A stretch of 64,000 nt of DNA, taken from Mustelus asterias (Eukaryota). The DNA lies in contig NW_027590182.1 in the NCBI RefSeq assembly GCF_964213995.1, positions 1 to 64,000 of the forward strand, given 5' to 3'. Below are positions 1 to 10,770 of the stretch, in pieces. A model generated the notes under the pieces. It had not been told where the DNA came from and made no database searches. It worked only from the letters and a program-made list of their open reading frames with translations. The first letter of the stretch is position 1; every line of letters starts with the position of its first letter. The translations under genes were made by a program, and so were the position numbers.

Positions 1-422
1 TTTCCTTTTCTTCATGTTGAGCTCCTGTTTTCTCTTTTTGGTGTCTGTTACAGTTGTACATATATTGGGCAGCTCAGAGCACACGTGCTCTGTTCTCAAT
101 ATGAAAATCAATTGTTATGTTCCCTTCTGTGAACTTTAAAAAAACGTTTCTGTAAAATGTTCTCTGAATTTTTAAAGTAAATCTTGAATAAAAAATGAAT
201 AAATCATCACTTTGCCAAACTCCTTTCCCCATCAGGCAAAATGGATATCCATCCTTGTGTCCAATCTGCGCTTCAAACCAAATCTCTCAGAGTAAAATAT
301 AATTCTCTTCCCCACTGCACGAGGCACGCTTTCCAAGTATAAGGATCTCCCACACCGCAACACAGTCCTGTGCAATCTCTCAGGGAGAAGTGGAACATTG
401 AGGCACATAATTCGAACAAATG

Positions 423-435
423 CCACCAGAGGGCG
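423..435 (+). promoter_or_regulatory. CTCF-binding motif (candidate)
   Basis: CCACCAGAGGGCG matches the CTCF core consensus CCASYAGRKGGC. Confidence 0.5.
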
Positions 436-826
436 TTTCAGCTTTACTCGAGTTTCAGCATTGGGATATTGACTCGCTCTCAGTGAATATATGCCAGATA
501 CATACTTTCATACCTAACATAAATGGACATTAATGATTGCAACCCAGTTCAATGCAACCAAAATTAGCTACTTGAATAGGCATCTACGGAACTATGGCCA
601 AAAGTTCCTCAGCAACAGCACTGGTCGGCAGCTCAGTCTCGATATTGACATTCTCAATTAAACATTCGCCTTTAAAGCATTTTCAACATTGAGAGCAGAA
701 CGGTAGAATACACTGGAGTGTTTTACCTATAGTGACGTGTGATGCGACAATGACCATGCTCCAATGTCGGCTGCAGGTTCCTACAGTCAATGCTTTTCCA
801 TTTTTTCAAATCTACTTGCCTGAATA

Positions 827-1063
827 TCATAGAAACATCGGATCCCTACAGTGCAGAAGGAGGCAATTTGGCCCATTGAACCTACACCGACTCCCCGACA
901 ACAATCCCACTCAGGCCCTATCCCCGGAAGCCCACATATTCAGCCCGCTAATCCCCCTAACCTACACACACATCTTGCGACACTAAGGGGCAAGTGAGCT
1001 TGGCCAATCCACCTAACCTGCACATCTTTGGAGTTTGGGATGAAACAGCAGCACCGGGAGGAA
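827..1063 (-). mobile_element. HE1-type V-SINE, 3' part
   Basis: Reverse complement gives ccggtgctgc...ccaaagatgtgcaggttaggtggattggcc...ccttctgcactgtaggga...ctatga, the HE1/V-SINE body and tail also seen in other copies in this window. Confidence 0.75.
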
Positions 1064-1611
1064 CTTTCTATTACTGGAAAAGCTAGATGTGCTACGCATC
1101 CTCTTTCACCATATTAATAGTCCCGAGAGACCACAGCAGTTTAAGAACCTGCACACCCCCTCTCCTTCTCAAGGGTAATTAGGAATGGAGTTGAAATCGA
1201 GACTTCCCAGTAACGCTAACATTACTTCATGTATTAATAATAATTAAAGCCCGTGAGAGGAATTTCACTGCAGTCATGGTTATCACTACGCTGATAGTGG
1301 AGCAAAATCCATGAAAACAAAGTGACAAACTCATTCAAAAATTATTTACTTTCTTTAGTACAATTAAGGTGAAGGTGTTCCTTCCCCAACTCTGGTGGAT
1401 AATTCGGGAAGCATTTTCTCTGCAAGAATAGTGACTGTAATGCAGCTCGGGGTGATTCTCTTTGCTATCTGCCGGCCTCACAGCACCAATGGAAAAGCAA
1501 GGAAGTGAGGTGAGTACAGCCTGAGACACGGCAGCAGATTATTGAGGGCGGGGTTTAGAACGGGTGGCTAAATATCCAACCCCTTCCCCTTTCACAGAGC
1601 GGACAGAGACA

Positions 1612-2066
1612 ATGCGGCTGCTCAGCATCTGGGTTGTGTGGGGAATATTTCTGGCAGGTAAATGTGGATGCGTTCTTTCATTCCCCAAGCTTGATTGGAA
1701 TCAAATTTCAACCAGCCACCGGTCTATACTTTTCCTGATTAATTTATTATATTCCAGATCTGAGTCATGGAGATTCTGTCACTCAGCCGCTGCCCTCAGA
1801 TGTTAAGGCAGAAGGAGCAGCGCTCATATTCACCTGTAACTATGAAACTACACAGAGAAACTATGCATTACACTGGTAGCGGCAACTCCCAGGAAACCAT
1901 CCCGAGTTTATAGTGTGGAGAAGTACATACAACAGTGAAGATAAAGCAGATTTTGCCAAAAGCCGTTTCTCTATCGAGCTTCAGACATCGACTAAATTCA
2001 CCAGTTTAACTGTTTCGGATCTGCAGCTGACTGATGTCGCCGTGTATTACTGCGCTTTCCAGCTAT
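1612..2066 (+). pseudogene. TRAV/DV: TCR alpha/delta-type V segment (V1) with a single in-frame stop
   Basis: 46-nt leader exon 1612-1657 (MRLLSIWVVWGIFLA), GT-AG intron 1658-1757, V exon 1758-2066: DLSHGDSVTQPLPSDVKAEGAALIFTCNYETTQRNYALHW*RQLPGNHPEFIVWRSTYNSEDKADFAKSRFSIELQTSTKFTSLTVSDLQLTDVAVYYCAFQL. TAG at 1877-1879 replaces the Y of WYRQ. Confidence 0.92.
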
Positions 2067-2105
2067 CACAGTGATGGAAAGCAGTCTCACCCCTGCACAA
2101 AAACT
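2067..2105 (+). other. 23-RSS of V1
   Basis: CACAGTG + 23 bp + ACAAAAACT directly after the YYC-containing V exon. Confidence 0.95.
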
Positions 2106-3674
2106 GCCTTTGGATTGTTGGTGCGAGCTCTGTTCTGTTGAGCGTTAAGTAGGACTGCGGTTGTTGCAGTGCAGCGGCGCTCACAGGCGCTCAGATACAC
2201 ACCGAGAGGAAACCAAATTAACCCCGGATCAAACTGTCACCCAACAGTTAGCAGGAGAGACTGAGAAAATGAAATGCAGAACTGCAGTGGAACAGAGAAA
2301 CTTCACATAATCATAACTGAAGCCACCCGTTATAATCCCCGCCCTCAATGATCCGACGTCCTGTGTGAGCTGGATGTCAGTGAAAGGAAACACCTCGATC
2401 TGTGCTGCAGCCAATGTCCTGGTGGGAGACAGCGTTCTGCTGTGTGGGTTGGTTTGTTAATGATCATCAGAAAACCAATAGTTAAAGGAAAAGGGGAAAC
2501 AAGATTAGCCTCAGGAGACACCCTGAAGCACAAGCAGCTCATTCTCAATTCTCAGTTACTACTTTGTGGAACAAGTTGGTTGCAGATACGCTGTTTCTGA
2601 TCCAGTAACACGCACTGATTAAATATAGCTCTGAACAGACCAGTTGTAAGCTGCTGGACAGTGAGGGAGGAGATGATAAATGGTTGTTTCATAGGCGGGC
2701 AGGTGGGGAACGGGTAGTAAAGGAGACAAAAAGCACATTAAAATATCATGAGCGCATTTATGACGTTTAACTTCTGTATAAAGGCGACTTGTAATCAACT
2801 AATGTAATAAGTCCACTTGTGGCCATGTGAACAGACAAATTCGGAGCTGGAGTAGGCAACCGTGCCACCTCGAGACTGCCCGACATTTGATAAGATCCTG
2901 GCGGATTGAATTGTGACATCTCTATTTCCATGTCTCCCCTGTACACTCTGACTCCCTGGTCATTCAATAATCGACCTCACCCCGTCCTAATTGTTTTCAA
3001 TGAACTTGCCACCACTGATTTCTGGGGAAGGGGATATCACAGACCAAATAACATCATGGTGACAAAAAGGCATAATCTCATCATTTCTGAGGGGACCTTG
3101 AGGAGTTTATTAACATTATCTCCCAAGTTTTTGTCCCTGTCACAAAGGAAACATCGTTTTAGTTTGGAATTAACCTCTGCACATTCTATACTGACCCAGC
3201 GATGATAACGGAAAAACCGTATAATTCCAGGAATGAATGATACGGATTTTTTCTGTTTTATTCAAATAGGTTATGTATTTTTAAAATATCTTTAACACTA
3301 TGCTATATTACTCTGCACACAACTGGCCTTGACAGGCCGGAAGGAGATTTATTGGAATGGTATTTGTGATCAGGGAGCTCTCCAAATTTGGTCAGCTCAA
3401 ACAGTGTAAAACTGATAGCAATTCCGCACCACTCGAGGTCACTGGGGGACGAGACACCAAAACTTTCTCCAAAACAAACCATTTTAAAATTAATTTGACC
3501 GAGTGTGGGATTCGTTGCTGAGTCCACAATTTATTGTATTCCCTAATTGCTTTTCAAATGGTGGTGATGATGTTGGGGCTGCCCTCTTCCAGGCCAGCTG
3601 ATATCAAGAAAACCAAACTCAGCTGTGAGTTCAAACTGCAGTTTCACTATCTTGCGATTAAACTAATACAATAT

Positions 3675-3687
3675 CACCATCTGGTGG
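3675..3687 (-). promoter_or_regulatory. CTCF-like motif (candidate)
   Basis: Reverse strand reads CCACCAGATGGTG, one mismatch from the core consensus. Confidence 0.3.
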
Positions 3688-3914
3688 TGACTTGCACTTA
3701 CGGCAGGCGCTGGCCTCTGTGAGTCTCGGGGAAGTTCAGTCACTGGATGGCTGGAACTGGCATCCGGTTGATGAAGTGCCAATATGGAATAACATTGTTC
3801 ATTCCCTTTTGCAAACTTTCATTCCTAAATTGGAATGGAAGTTTGCAACATGTGCTCGGGTGGTGCATTCGCCTATTTGTCACCAGGCACTGTATAAGAA
3901 TTTTGTGACCCATT

Positions 3915-5292
3915 CATAGAACATAGAACATAGAACATTACAGCGCAGAACAGGCCCTTCGGCCCACGATGTTGCACCGACCAGTAAAAAAAAAAAACAC
4001 TGTGACCCTCCAACCTAAACCAATTTCTTTTCGTCCATGACTCTATCTACGGCTCTCTTAAACGCCCCCAAACTAGGCGCATTTACAACTGATGCTGGCA
4101 GGGCATTCCAATCCCTCACCACTCTCTGGGTAAAGAACCTACCCCTGACATCGGTCCTATAACTACCCCCCCTCAATTTAAAGCCATGCCCCCTCGTGCT
4201 GGATTTCTCCATCAGAGGAAAAAGGCTATCACTATCCACCCTATCTAAACCTCTAATCATCTAATATGTTTCAATAAGATCCCCTCTTAGCCGCCGCCTT
4301 TCCAGCGAAAACAATCCCAAATCCCTCAGCCTCTCCTCATAGGATCTCCCCTCCATACCAGGCAACATCCTGGTAAACCTCCTCTGCACCCTCTCCAAAG
4401 CCTCCACATCCTTCCTGTAATGTGGGGACCAGAACTGCACACAGTACTCCAAGTGCGGCCGCACCAGAGTTGTGTACAGTTGCAACATAACGCTACGACT
4501 CCTAAATTCAATCCCCCTACCAATAAACGCCAAGACACCATATGCCTTCTTAACAACCTTATCTACTTGATTCCCAACTTTCAGGGATCTATGTACACAT
4601 ACACCTAGATCCCTCTGCTCCTCCACACTATTCAAAGTCCTCCCGTTAGCCCTATACTCAACACATCTGTTATTCCTACCAAAGTGAATTACCTCACACT
4701 TCTCCGCATTAAACTCCATCCGCCACCTCTCGGCCCAACATTGCAACCTGTCTAAGTCTTCCTGCAAACTACGACACCCTTCCTCACTGTCTACCACACC
4801 ACCGACTTTGGTGTCATCAGCAAATTTGCTAATCCACCCAACTATACCCTCATCCAGGTCATTAATAAATATTACAAACAGCAGTGGCCCCAAAACAGAT
4901 CCCTGAGGTACACCTCTCCTCATAGGATCTCCCCTCCATACCAGGCAACATCCTGGTAAACCTCCTCTGCACCCTCTCCAAAGCCTCCACATCCTTCCTG
5001 TAATGTGGGGACCAGAATGTATCTCCCGTGTACGTATGTGTACATAGATCCCTGAAAGTTGGGAATCAAGTAGATAAGGTTGTTAAGAAGGCATATGGTG
5101 TCTTGGCGTTTATTGGTAGGGGGATTGAATTTAGGAGTCGTAGCGTTATGTTGCAACTGTACACAACTCTGGTGCGGCCGCACTTGGAGTACTGTGTGCA
5201 GTTCTGGTCCCCACATTACAGGAAGGATGTGGAGGCTTTGGAGAGGGTGCAGAGGAGGTTTACCAGGATGTTGCCTGGTATGGAGGGGAGAT
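3915..5292 (-). mobile_element. CR1 LINE, 5'-truncated, with rearranged 5' end
   Basis: RT C-terminal motifs [20 protein letters not shown] and LVRPHLEYCVQFWSP; (TTCTATG)n 3' tail at 3915-3937. 4913-5017 duplicates 4330-4434, and 5034-5292 is an inverted copy of 4344-4602. Confidence 0.93.
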
Positions 5293-5359
5293 TCCCCATG
5301 GGAGATATTGTCTGGAGTTGCAGTTCGGGATTATTGTGTACATTAATATTTAAAATAAA

Positions 5360-5511
5360 TATTATTGAAGATATATGGCACGGGAGATACGTTTCAAGAT
5401 CTACCGGACAGATGTTCTTGCTGTTTTGCGCAAAGGAAATAAAACTGTTATTTTTAATGTTGCCGGGATGCTTCTCTCTGACACCGCCGTGTATCACTGT
5501 GCCACGGAGCC
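5360..5511 (+). pseudogene. TRAV/DV: TCR V segment remnant (3' half, V5)
   Basis: Reads LLKIYGTGDTFQDLPDRCS (frameshift) AVLRKGNKTVIFNVAGMLLSDTAVYHCATE, i.e. FR3 with a DTAVYxC motif, followed by an RSS. The 5' half was not found. Confidence 0.75.
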
Positions 5512-5551
5512 CACACTGCTGCAGAGATAGAGCGGATCCCAGACAATAACC
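5512..5551 (+). other. RSS of V5 remnant (24-bp spacer)
   Basis: CACACTG + 24 bp + ACAATAACC immediately after the ...YHCATE codons. Confidence 0.7.
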
Positions 5552-5577
5552 CCACACATGGGAGTTCCAGTTAGGTA

Positions 5578-5591
5578 CCACTAGATGGCGG
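5578..5591 (+). promoter_or_regulatory. CTCF-binding motif downstream of RSS
   Basis: CCACTAGATGGCGG is a near-ideal CTCF core, 26 bp after the nonamer. Confidence 0.65.
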
Positions 5592-6366
5592 TCTTACGCT
5601 GGTAAACATAATCAATAATTCACTCTCCATGTGAGTCACAGGGAACTTCCCAAGAGGTCAGAAAAAAAACACAATCTCAACAAGAGGTGAGCAACATTTG
5701 AGGAGTTATATTAGTTTATTTTAACTTGCATTTGTGCTATCGCCGATCTTCTTAAATCTATTCCATTTAGCTCAGTTGTTGCCCTTGGATGCAGTTTCCG
5801 TGTCTCTAATATTGAACAACTCAATCCCCCTCTCCCCTGACAGGTTTCTGAAGTCTATTACCGCGGCCTGGTCACTGGGTTTATTTGATCCGAGAGATGT
5901 ACTGCTTCCGAGAAAGTGTATACACAATGAAGAAATTTCACAATGAAGTGACTGTGATCTTTTAAATAGACATTGAGCACAGAATTTCCCCAATGACCAG
6001 TGACCTTCAGAATGTTTCCTCAATGATGCTTGTTACTATAAAGCAACCAAGAATTTGCAGCTGCCAATTAACAGAGCAGGGTTTCATCCCCGCAACCCCA
6101 TCCGGAAAAGTGCACCCGTTCCCCTATCGAGATGCTGAAATCAGCTCGGCTCGAGGGATTTCCTTTCGATATCAGCCAGCTCATAACTGAGAGATCTCAC
6201 AGACTCATAGAGACACAATGATTGAAGTGGCAGGATACTGGAAACACTTGGGCTGATCACAGGTTAATGAGCAATCTTGCATAACTGACAGTCACATTAT
6301 GGCTGCATCTGCCCGCGATTCTGAGCAACCCGCAGCAGACAGGGTTTTCAACCTATAGTTAAAGAC

Positions 6367-6405
6367 AGTTTTTGTGCAGCAGTCAGACTGCTTTCCATCA
6401 CTGTG
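6367..6405 (-). other. 23-RSS of V2
   Basis: Reverse strand CACAGTG + 23 bp (atggaaagcagtctgactgctgc, nearly identical to the V1 spacer) + ACAAAAACT. Confidence 0.95.
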
Positions 6406-6862
6406 AGTTTCAGCGAGAGCGCAGTAGTACAAGGCAGTGTCAGTCAGCTGCAGACCCGAGATGGTCAAACTGGTGAATTTACTCGATGCCTGAAGTTCTC
6501 CAGAGAAGCGGCTTTCAGCAAAATCTGCTACATCTTCACCAAACAATGAGTTCTTCCCCACTGTAACACAGGGTGTTGCCGGTACCAGTGTAAATTGTAG
6601 TTGCTCATTGTAGTATCAAAGGTACAGTTTAAAGTCACCGTTTCTCCTTCTGTCTGTTATTCTGAGGACAGCGACTGAGTAACAGAATCTCCATGACCCA
6701 GATCTGAAAAACATGTTCGAACGAAAACAGATCAGAACAACTGAATACGTAAAATTCAGTTCAAAAACAAATTTGTAAAATTAAAGTAAATATGAAATGC
6801 GTTTGGTCCATAATTACCTGTCAGGAATGTTCCCGCACAATCCAGAAGCTGAGTAGCAGCAT
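6406..6862 (-). pseudogene. TRAV/DV: TCR alpha/delta-type V segment (V2), same family as V1
   Basis: Leader 6862-6818 (45 nt, 1-nt deletion relative to V1). V exon 6703-6406: DLGHGDSVTQSLSSE*QTEGETVTLNCTFDTTMSNYNLHWYRQHP, then an FR2 deletion/frameshift, then ADFAESRFSGELQASSKFTSLTISGLQLTDTALYYCALAET. Upstream promoter is homologous to that of V1. Confidence 0.92.
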
Positions 6863-7376
6863 CGTTGTTGTCTGCTCTGTAAAAGTGGAGTTGGATATTT
6901 GAAGACACCCTTTCCAAACTTCACCCTGTATATTTTGCTGTCGTGTCTCGGAATGCTCTCACTGCATTTCCCTGTATCCGCTGTGGTGCTGTAGGGTTGG
7001 TAGCTGGTGAGCTGACTGCCAGTGAATGGATTCACCCCGTGCTAGCTTCAGTCAGAGTTCCGATCGGACGAAATAGTTTCCTAGTTAGACACGTGGGAAG
7101 AGATTTGTAACCGGAAACATGGGGTCACTGATGGGGTTTATTTATTCCGGCTTCAATTCTTCATCTCTGATTCCAGTAGAATCGATGCCAGTGAATGTGG
7201 GCGGATAAAACCCGAGTCTCAACTTCTTTGATCAGTTCGACAGATAGACGCCTCAGTTGGATACGAAGCAGGCGTTTGACTCCTTGTAAATTCTTCCGAA
7301 TATTAAACCCAGGTCCTGGTTCTAATCTGAACTCCCTGGACAACTGCTTCAGCAGAAATTTCATATGATCTGAAAA

Positions 7377-7710
7377 ATGCTTCGAATTTACAGACTCTCT
7401 TTGCTGAGTTTCGCTCTGACATGCACTGGAGTGACTGGAGCAGATGAGGTGATGCAGCTTCCTCGGTGGAAATGTTGTGAGTGAAGGGGGAACCGTATCC
7501 ATGAACTGCACCACGCCCACTACATTTAGCAACGCATATTGGTACAGACAGTCCCCGAATCAGCCACCCCAGTACCTGGTGATGGCCAGAACAGAAACCG
7601 ATTAACGCGAGAGGATCACTGCCGCAATCGGCGGAGGCAGCAAATTCAGCGCCCTGACTGTGAGAGACACCAAAGTTATAGACACTGCCACCTATCTCTG
7701 CGCCGTGAGC
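7377..7710 (+). pseudogene. TRAV/DV: TCR V segment (V3) with leader contiguous with the V exon; frameshift and stop
   Basis: MLRIYRLSLLSFALTCTGVTGADEVMQLPR, frameshift near 7465-7473, then VVSEGGTVSMNCTTPTTFSNAYWYRQSPNQPPQYLVMARTETD*RERITAAIGGGSKFSALTVRDTKVIDTATYLCAVS (TAA at 7603-7605). Confidence 0.85.
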
Positions 7711-7749
7711 CACAGTTTGACAAACATAGGGTGAGCCCATACAAAAACA
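7711..7749 (+). other. 23-RSS of V3
   Basis: CACAGTT + 23 bp + ACAAAAACA. Confidence 0.88.
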
Positions 7750-8091
7750 TGCACAGACTGCGAGAGCAACTCTGCTGAGTCCGGAGTATCGGCAGAGTGA
7801 ATGGAATTATAAAAAGTCCATTAACAAAGGAAATGAGCGCAACACAAAATAAAATATAGAATCTAATTGTTAAAATTCCGTCAGAAATGAAGATAGATGA
7901 GAACAGAGATGGAGAAGAAAAAAGAAGGACGATGTAAACCACAATGAGCGAGCAGCAAATTGAAATAGAAACGTTCAATCTTCATCGGAGAAATGGACAG
8001 AAAATGAGGGAACTATCGAAAGGGAAATTGAAGACACTGAAAAGCATTAATAAACGGGTTGAAGATCAGATTAAATCATAAATAAAAGTCG

Positions 8092-10770
8092 AACATAGAA
8101 CAGTACAGCACAGAACAGGCCCTTCGGTCCACGATGTTGTGCCGAGCTTTATCTGAAACCAAGATCAAGTTATCCCACTCCCTATCATCCTGGTGTGCTC
8201 CATGTGCCAATCCAATAACCGCTTAAATGTTCCCAAAGTGTCTGACTCCACTATCACTGCAGGGAGTCCATTCCACACTCCAACCACTCTCTGCGTAAAG
8301 AACCTACCTCTGATATCCTTCCTATGTCTCCCACCATGAACCCTATAGCTATGCCCCTTTGTAATAGCTCCATCCACCCGAGGAAATAGTCTTTGAACGT
8401 TCACTCTATCTATCCCCTTCATCATTTTATAAACATCTATGAAGTCTCCCCTCAGCCTCCCCCGCTCCAGAGAGAACAGCCCCAGCTCCCTCAACCTTTC
8501 CTCATAAGAGCTACCCTCCAAGCCAGGCAGCATCCTGGTAAATCTCCTCTGCACACTTTCCAGCGCTTCCACATCCTTCTTATAGTGAGGTGACCAGAAC
8601 TGCACACAATATTCCAAATGTGGTCTTACCAAGGTCCTGTACAGTTGCAGCATAACCCCACGGCTCTTAAACTCCAACCCCATGTTAATAAATGCTAACA
8701 CACTATCGGTCTTCTTCACAGCTCTATCCACTTGAGTGGCAACCTTTAGAGATCTGTGAATATGGACCCCAAGATCTCTCTGTTCCTCCACAGTCTTCAG
8801 AGCCCTAACTTTGACCCTGTAATCCACATTTAAATTAGTCCTACCAAAATGAATCACCTCACATTTATCAGGGTTAAACTCCATTTGCCATTTTTCAGCC
8901 CAGCTTTGCATCCTATCTATGTCTCTTTGCAGCCTACAACAGCCCTCCACCTCATCCACTCCTCCCACTAATCTTGGTGTCATCAGCAAATTTACTGATC
9001 CAGTCCTCAGCCCCCTCCTTTAAGTCATTAATAAAAATCATAAAGAGCAGAGGACCAAGCACTGATCCCTGTGGCACTCCGCTAGCAACCTGCCTCCAGT
9101 CCGAAAATATTCTATCCACCACCACCCTCTGTCTTCGATCAGATAGCCAGTTTCCTATCCAATCGGCCAATTTTCCCTCTATCCCACACCTCCTTACTTT
9201 CATCATAAGCCGACTATGGGGGGCCTTATCAAACGCCTTACTAAAATCCATGTATATGACATCAACTGCCCTACCTTCATCAACACACTTAGTTACCTCC
9301 TCAAAAAATTCAATCAAATTTGTGAGGCACGACTTGCCCTTCACGAATCCGTGCTGACTATCCCCGATTAATCCGCATCTTTCTAAATGGTCGTAAATCC
9401 TATCCCTAAGGATCTTTTCCATCAATTTACGAACCACCGAAGTAAGACTAACCGGTCTATAATTACCAGGGTCATTTCTATTCCCTTTCTTAAACAGAGG
9501 AACAACATTCGCCACTCTCCAGTCCTCTGGCACCATCCCCGTGGGCAGTGAGGACCCAAAGATCAAAGCCAAAGGCTCTGCATTCTCATCCCTTGCCTCC
9601 CAAAGAATCCTAGGATATATTTCATCAGGCCCAGGGGACTTATCGAACTTCAGTTTATTCAAAACTGCCAGTATATCCTCCCTCCGAACATCCCTCCGAT
9701 TTTTTTGATGACTTAGAGGAGGAGGCTGAAGGATGGATCAGTAAATTTGCTGATGACACCAAGATTGGTGGAGTAGTGGATGAGGTGGAGGGCTGTTGTA
9801 GGCTGCAAAGAGACATAGATAGGATGCAAAGCTGGGCTGAAAAATGGCAAATGGAGTTTAACCCTGATAAATGTGAGGTGATTCATTTTGGTAGGACTAA
9901 TTTAAATGTGGATTACAGGGTCAAAGGCAGGGTTCTGAAGACTGTGGAGGAACAGAGACATCTTGGGGTTCATATCCACAGATCTCTAAAGGTTGCCACT
10001 CAAGTGGATAGAGCTGTGAAGAAGGCCTATAGTGTGTTAGCTTTTATGAACAGGGGGTTGGGGTTTAAGAGCCGTGGGGTTATGCTGCAACTGTACAGGA
10101 CCTTGGTGAGACCACATTTGGAGTATTGTGTGCAGTTCTGGTCGCCTCACTATCGGAAGGATGTGGAAGCGCTGGAGAGAGTGCAGAGGAGATTTACCAG
10201 GATGCTGCCTGGTTTGGAGGGTAGGTCTTATGAGGAAAGGTTGCGGGAGCTAGGGCTGTTCTCTGGAGCGGAGCAGGCTGAGGGGAGACTTAATAGAGGT
10301 TTATAAAATGATGAAGGGGATAGATAGAGTGAACGTTCAAAGACTATTTCCTCGGGTGGATGGAGCTATTACAAGGGGGGCATAACAATAGGGTTCGTGG
10401 TGGGAGATGCAGGAAGGATATCAGAGGTAGGTTCTTTACGCAGAGAGTGGTTGGGGTGTGGAATGGACTGCCTGCAGTGATAGTGGAGTCAGACACTTTA
10501 GGAACATTTAAGCGGTTATTGGATAGGCACATGGAGCACATCAGCATGATAGGGAGTGGGATAGCTTGATCTTTGTTTCAGATAAAACTCGGCACAACAT
10601 CGTGGGCTGAAGGGCCTGTTCTGTGCTGTACTGTTCTATGTTCTATGTTCTATCTATTTCCTCCAGCCTATTAGCCTGTAACACCTTCTCTTCCTCAAAC
10701 ACATGACCCCTCTCCTTGGTGAACACTGAAGAAAAGTATTCATTCATCACCTCGCCTATCCCTACTGACT
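8092..10770 (-). mobile_element. CR1 LINE (5'-truncated ORF2), interrupted by a second CR1
   Basis: ORFs 8165-9662 carry RT motifs ([48 protein letters not shown]). The minus-strand sequence resumes at ~10651-10770 after the nested copy. Confidence 0.92.
9705..10650 (+). mobile_element. CR1 LINE 3' fragment nested in opposite orientation
   Basis: ORFs 9776-10306 and 10360-10569 are nearly identical to the 8165-8989 ORF; ends in a (TTCTATG)n tail at ~10634-10650. Confidence 0.92.

Noticed and set aside
2229-2414. ORF containing DIQLTQ, resembling an Ig light-chain N-terminus
   Set aside because: No Cys/Trp/YYC framework or RSS follows; the region is better explained as an inverted V promoter copy.
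5825-6250. Possible additional very decayed V segment on the + strand (acceptor near 5843, FPFDISQL-like frame, CACAATG at ~6214)
   Set aside because: No YYC motif and no recognisable nonamer; too degenerate to support.
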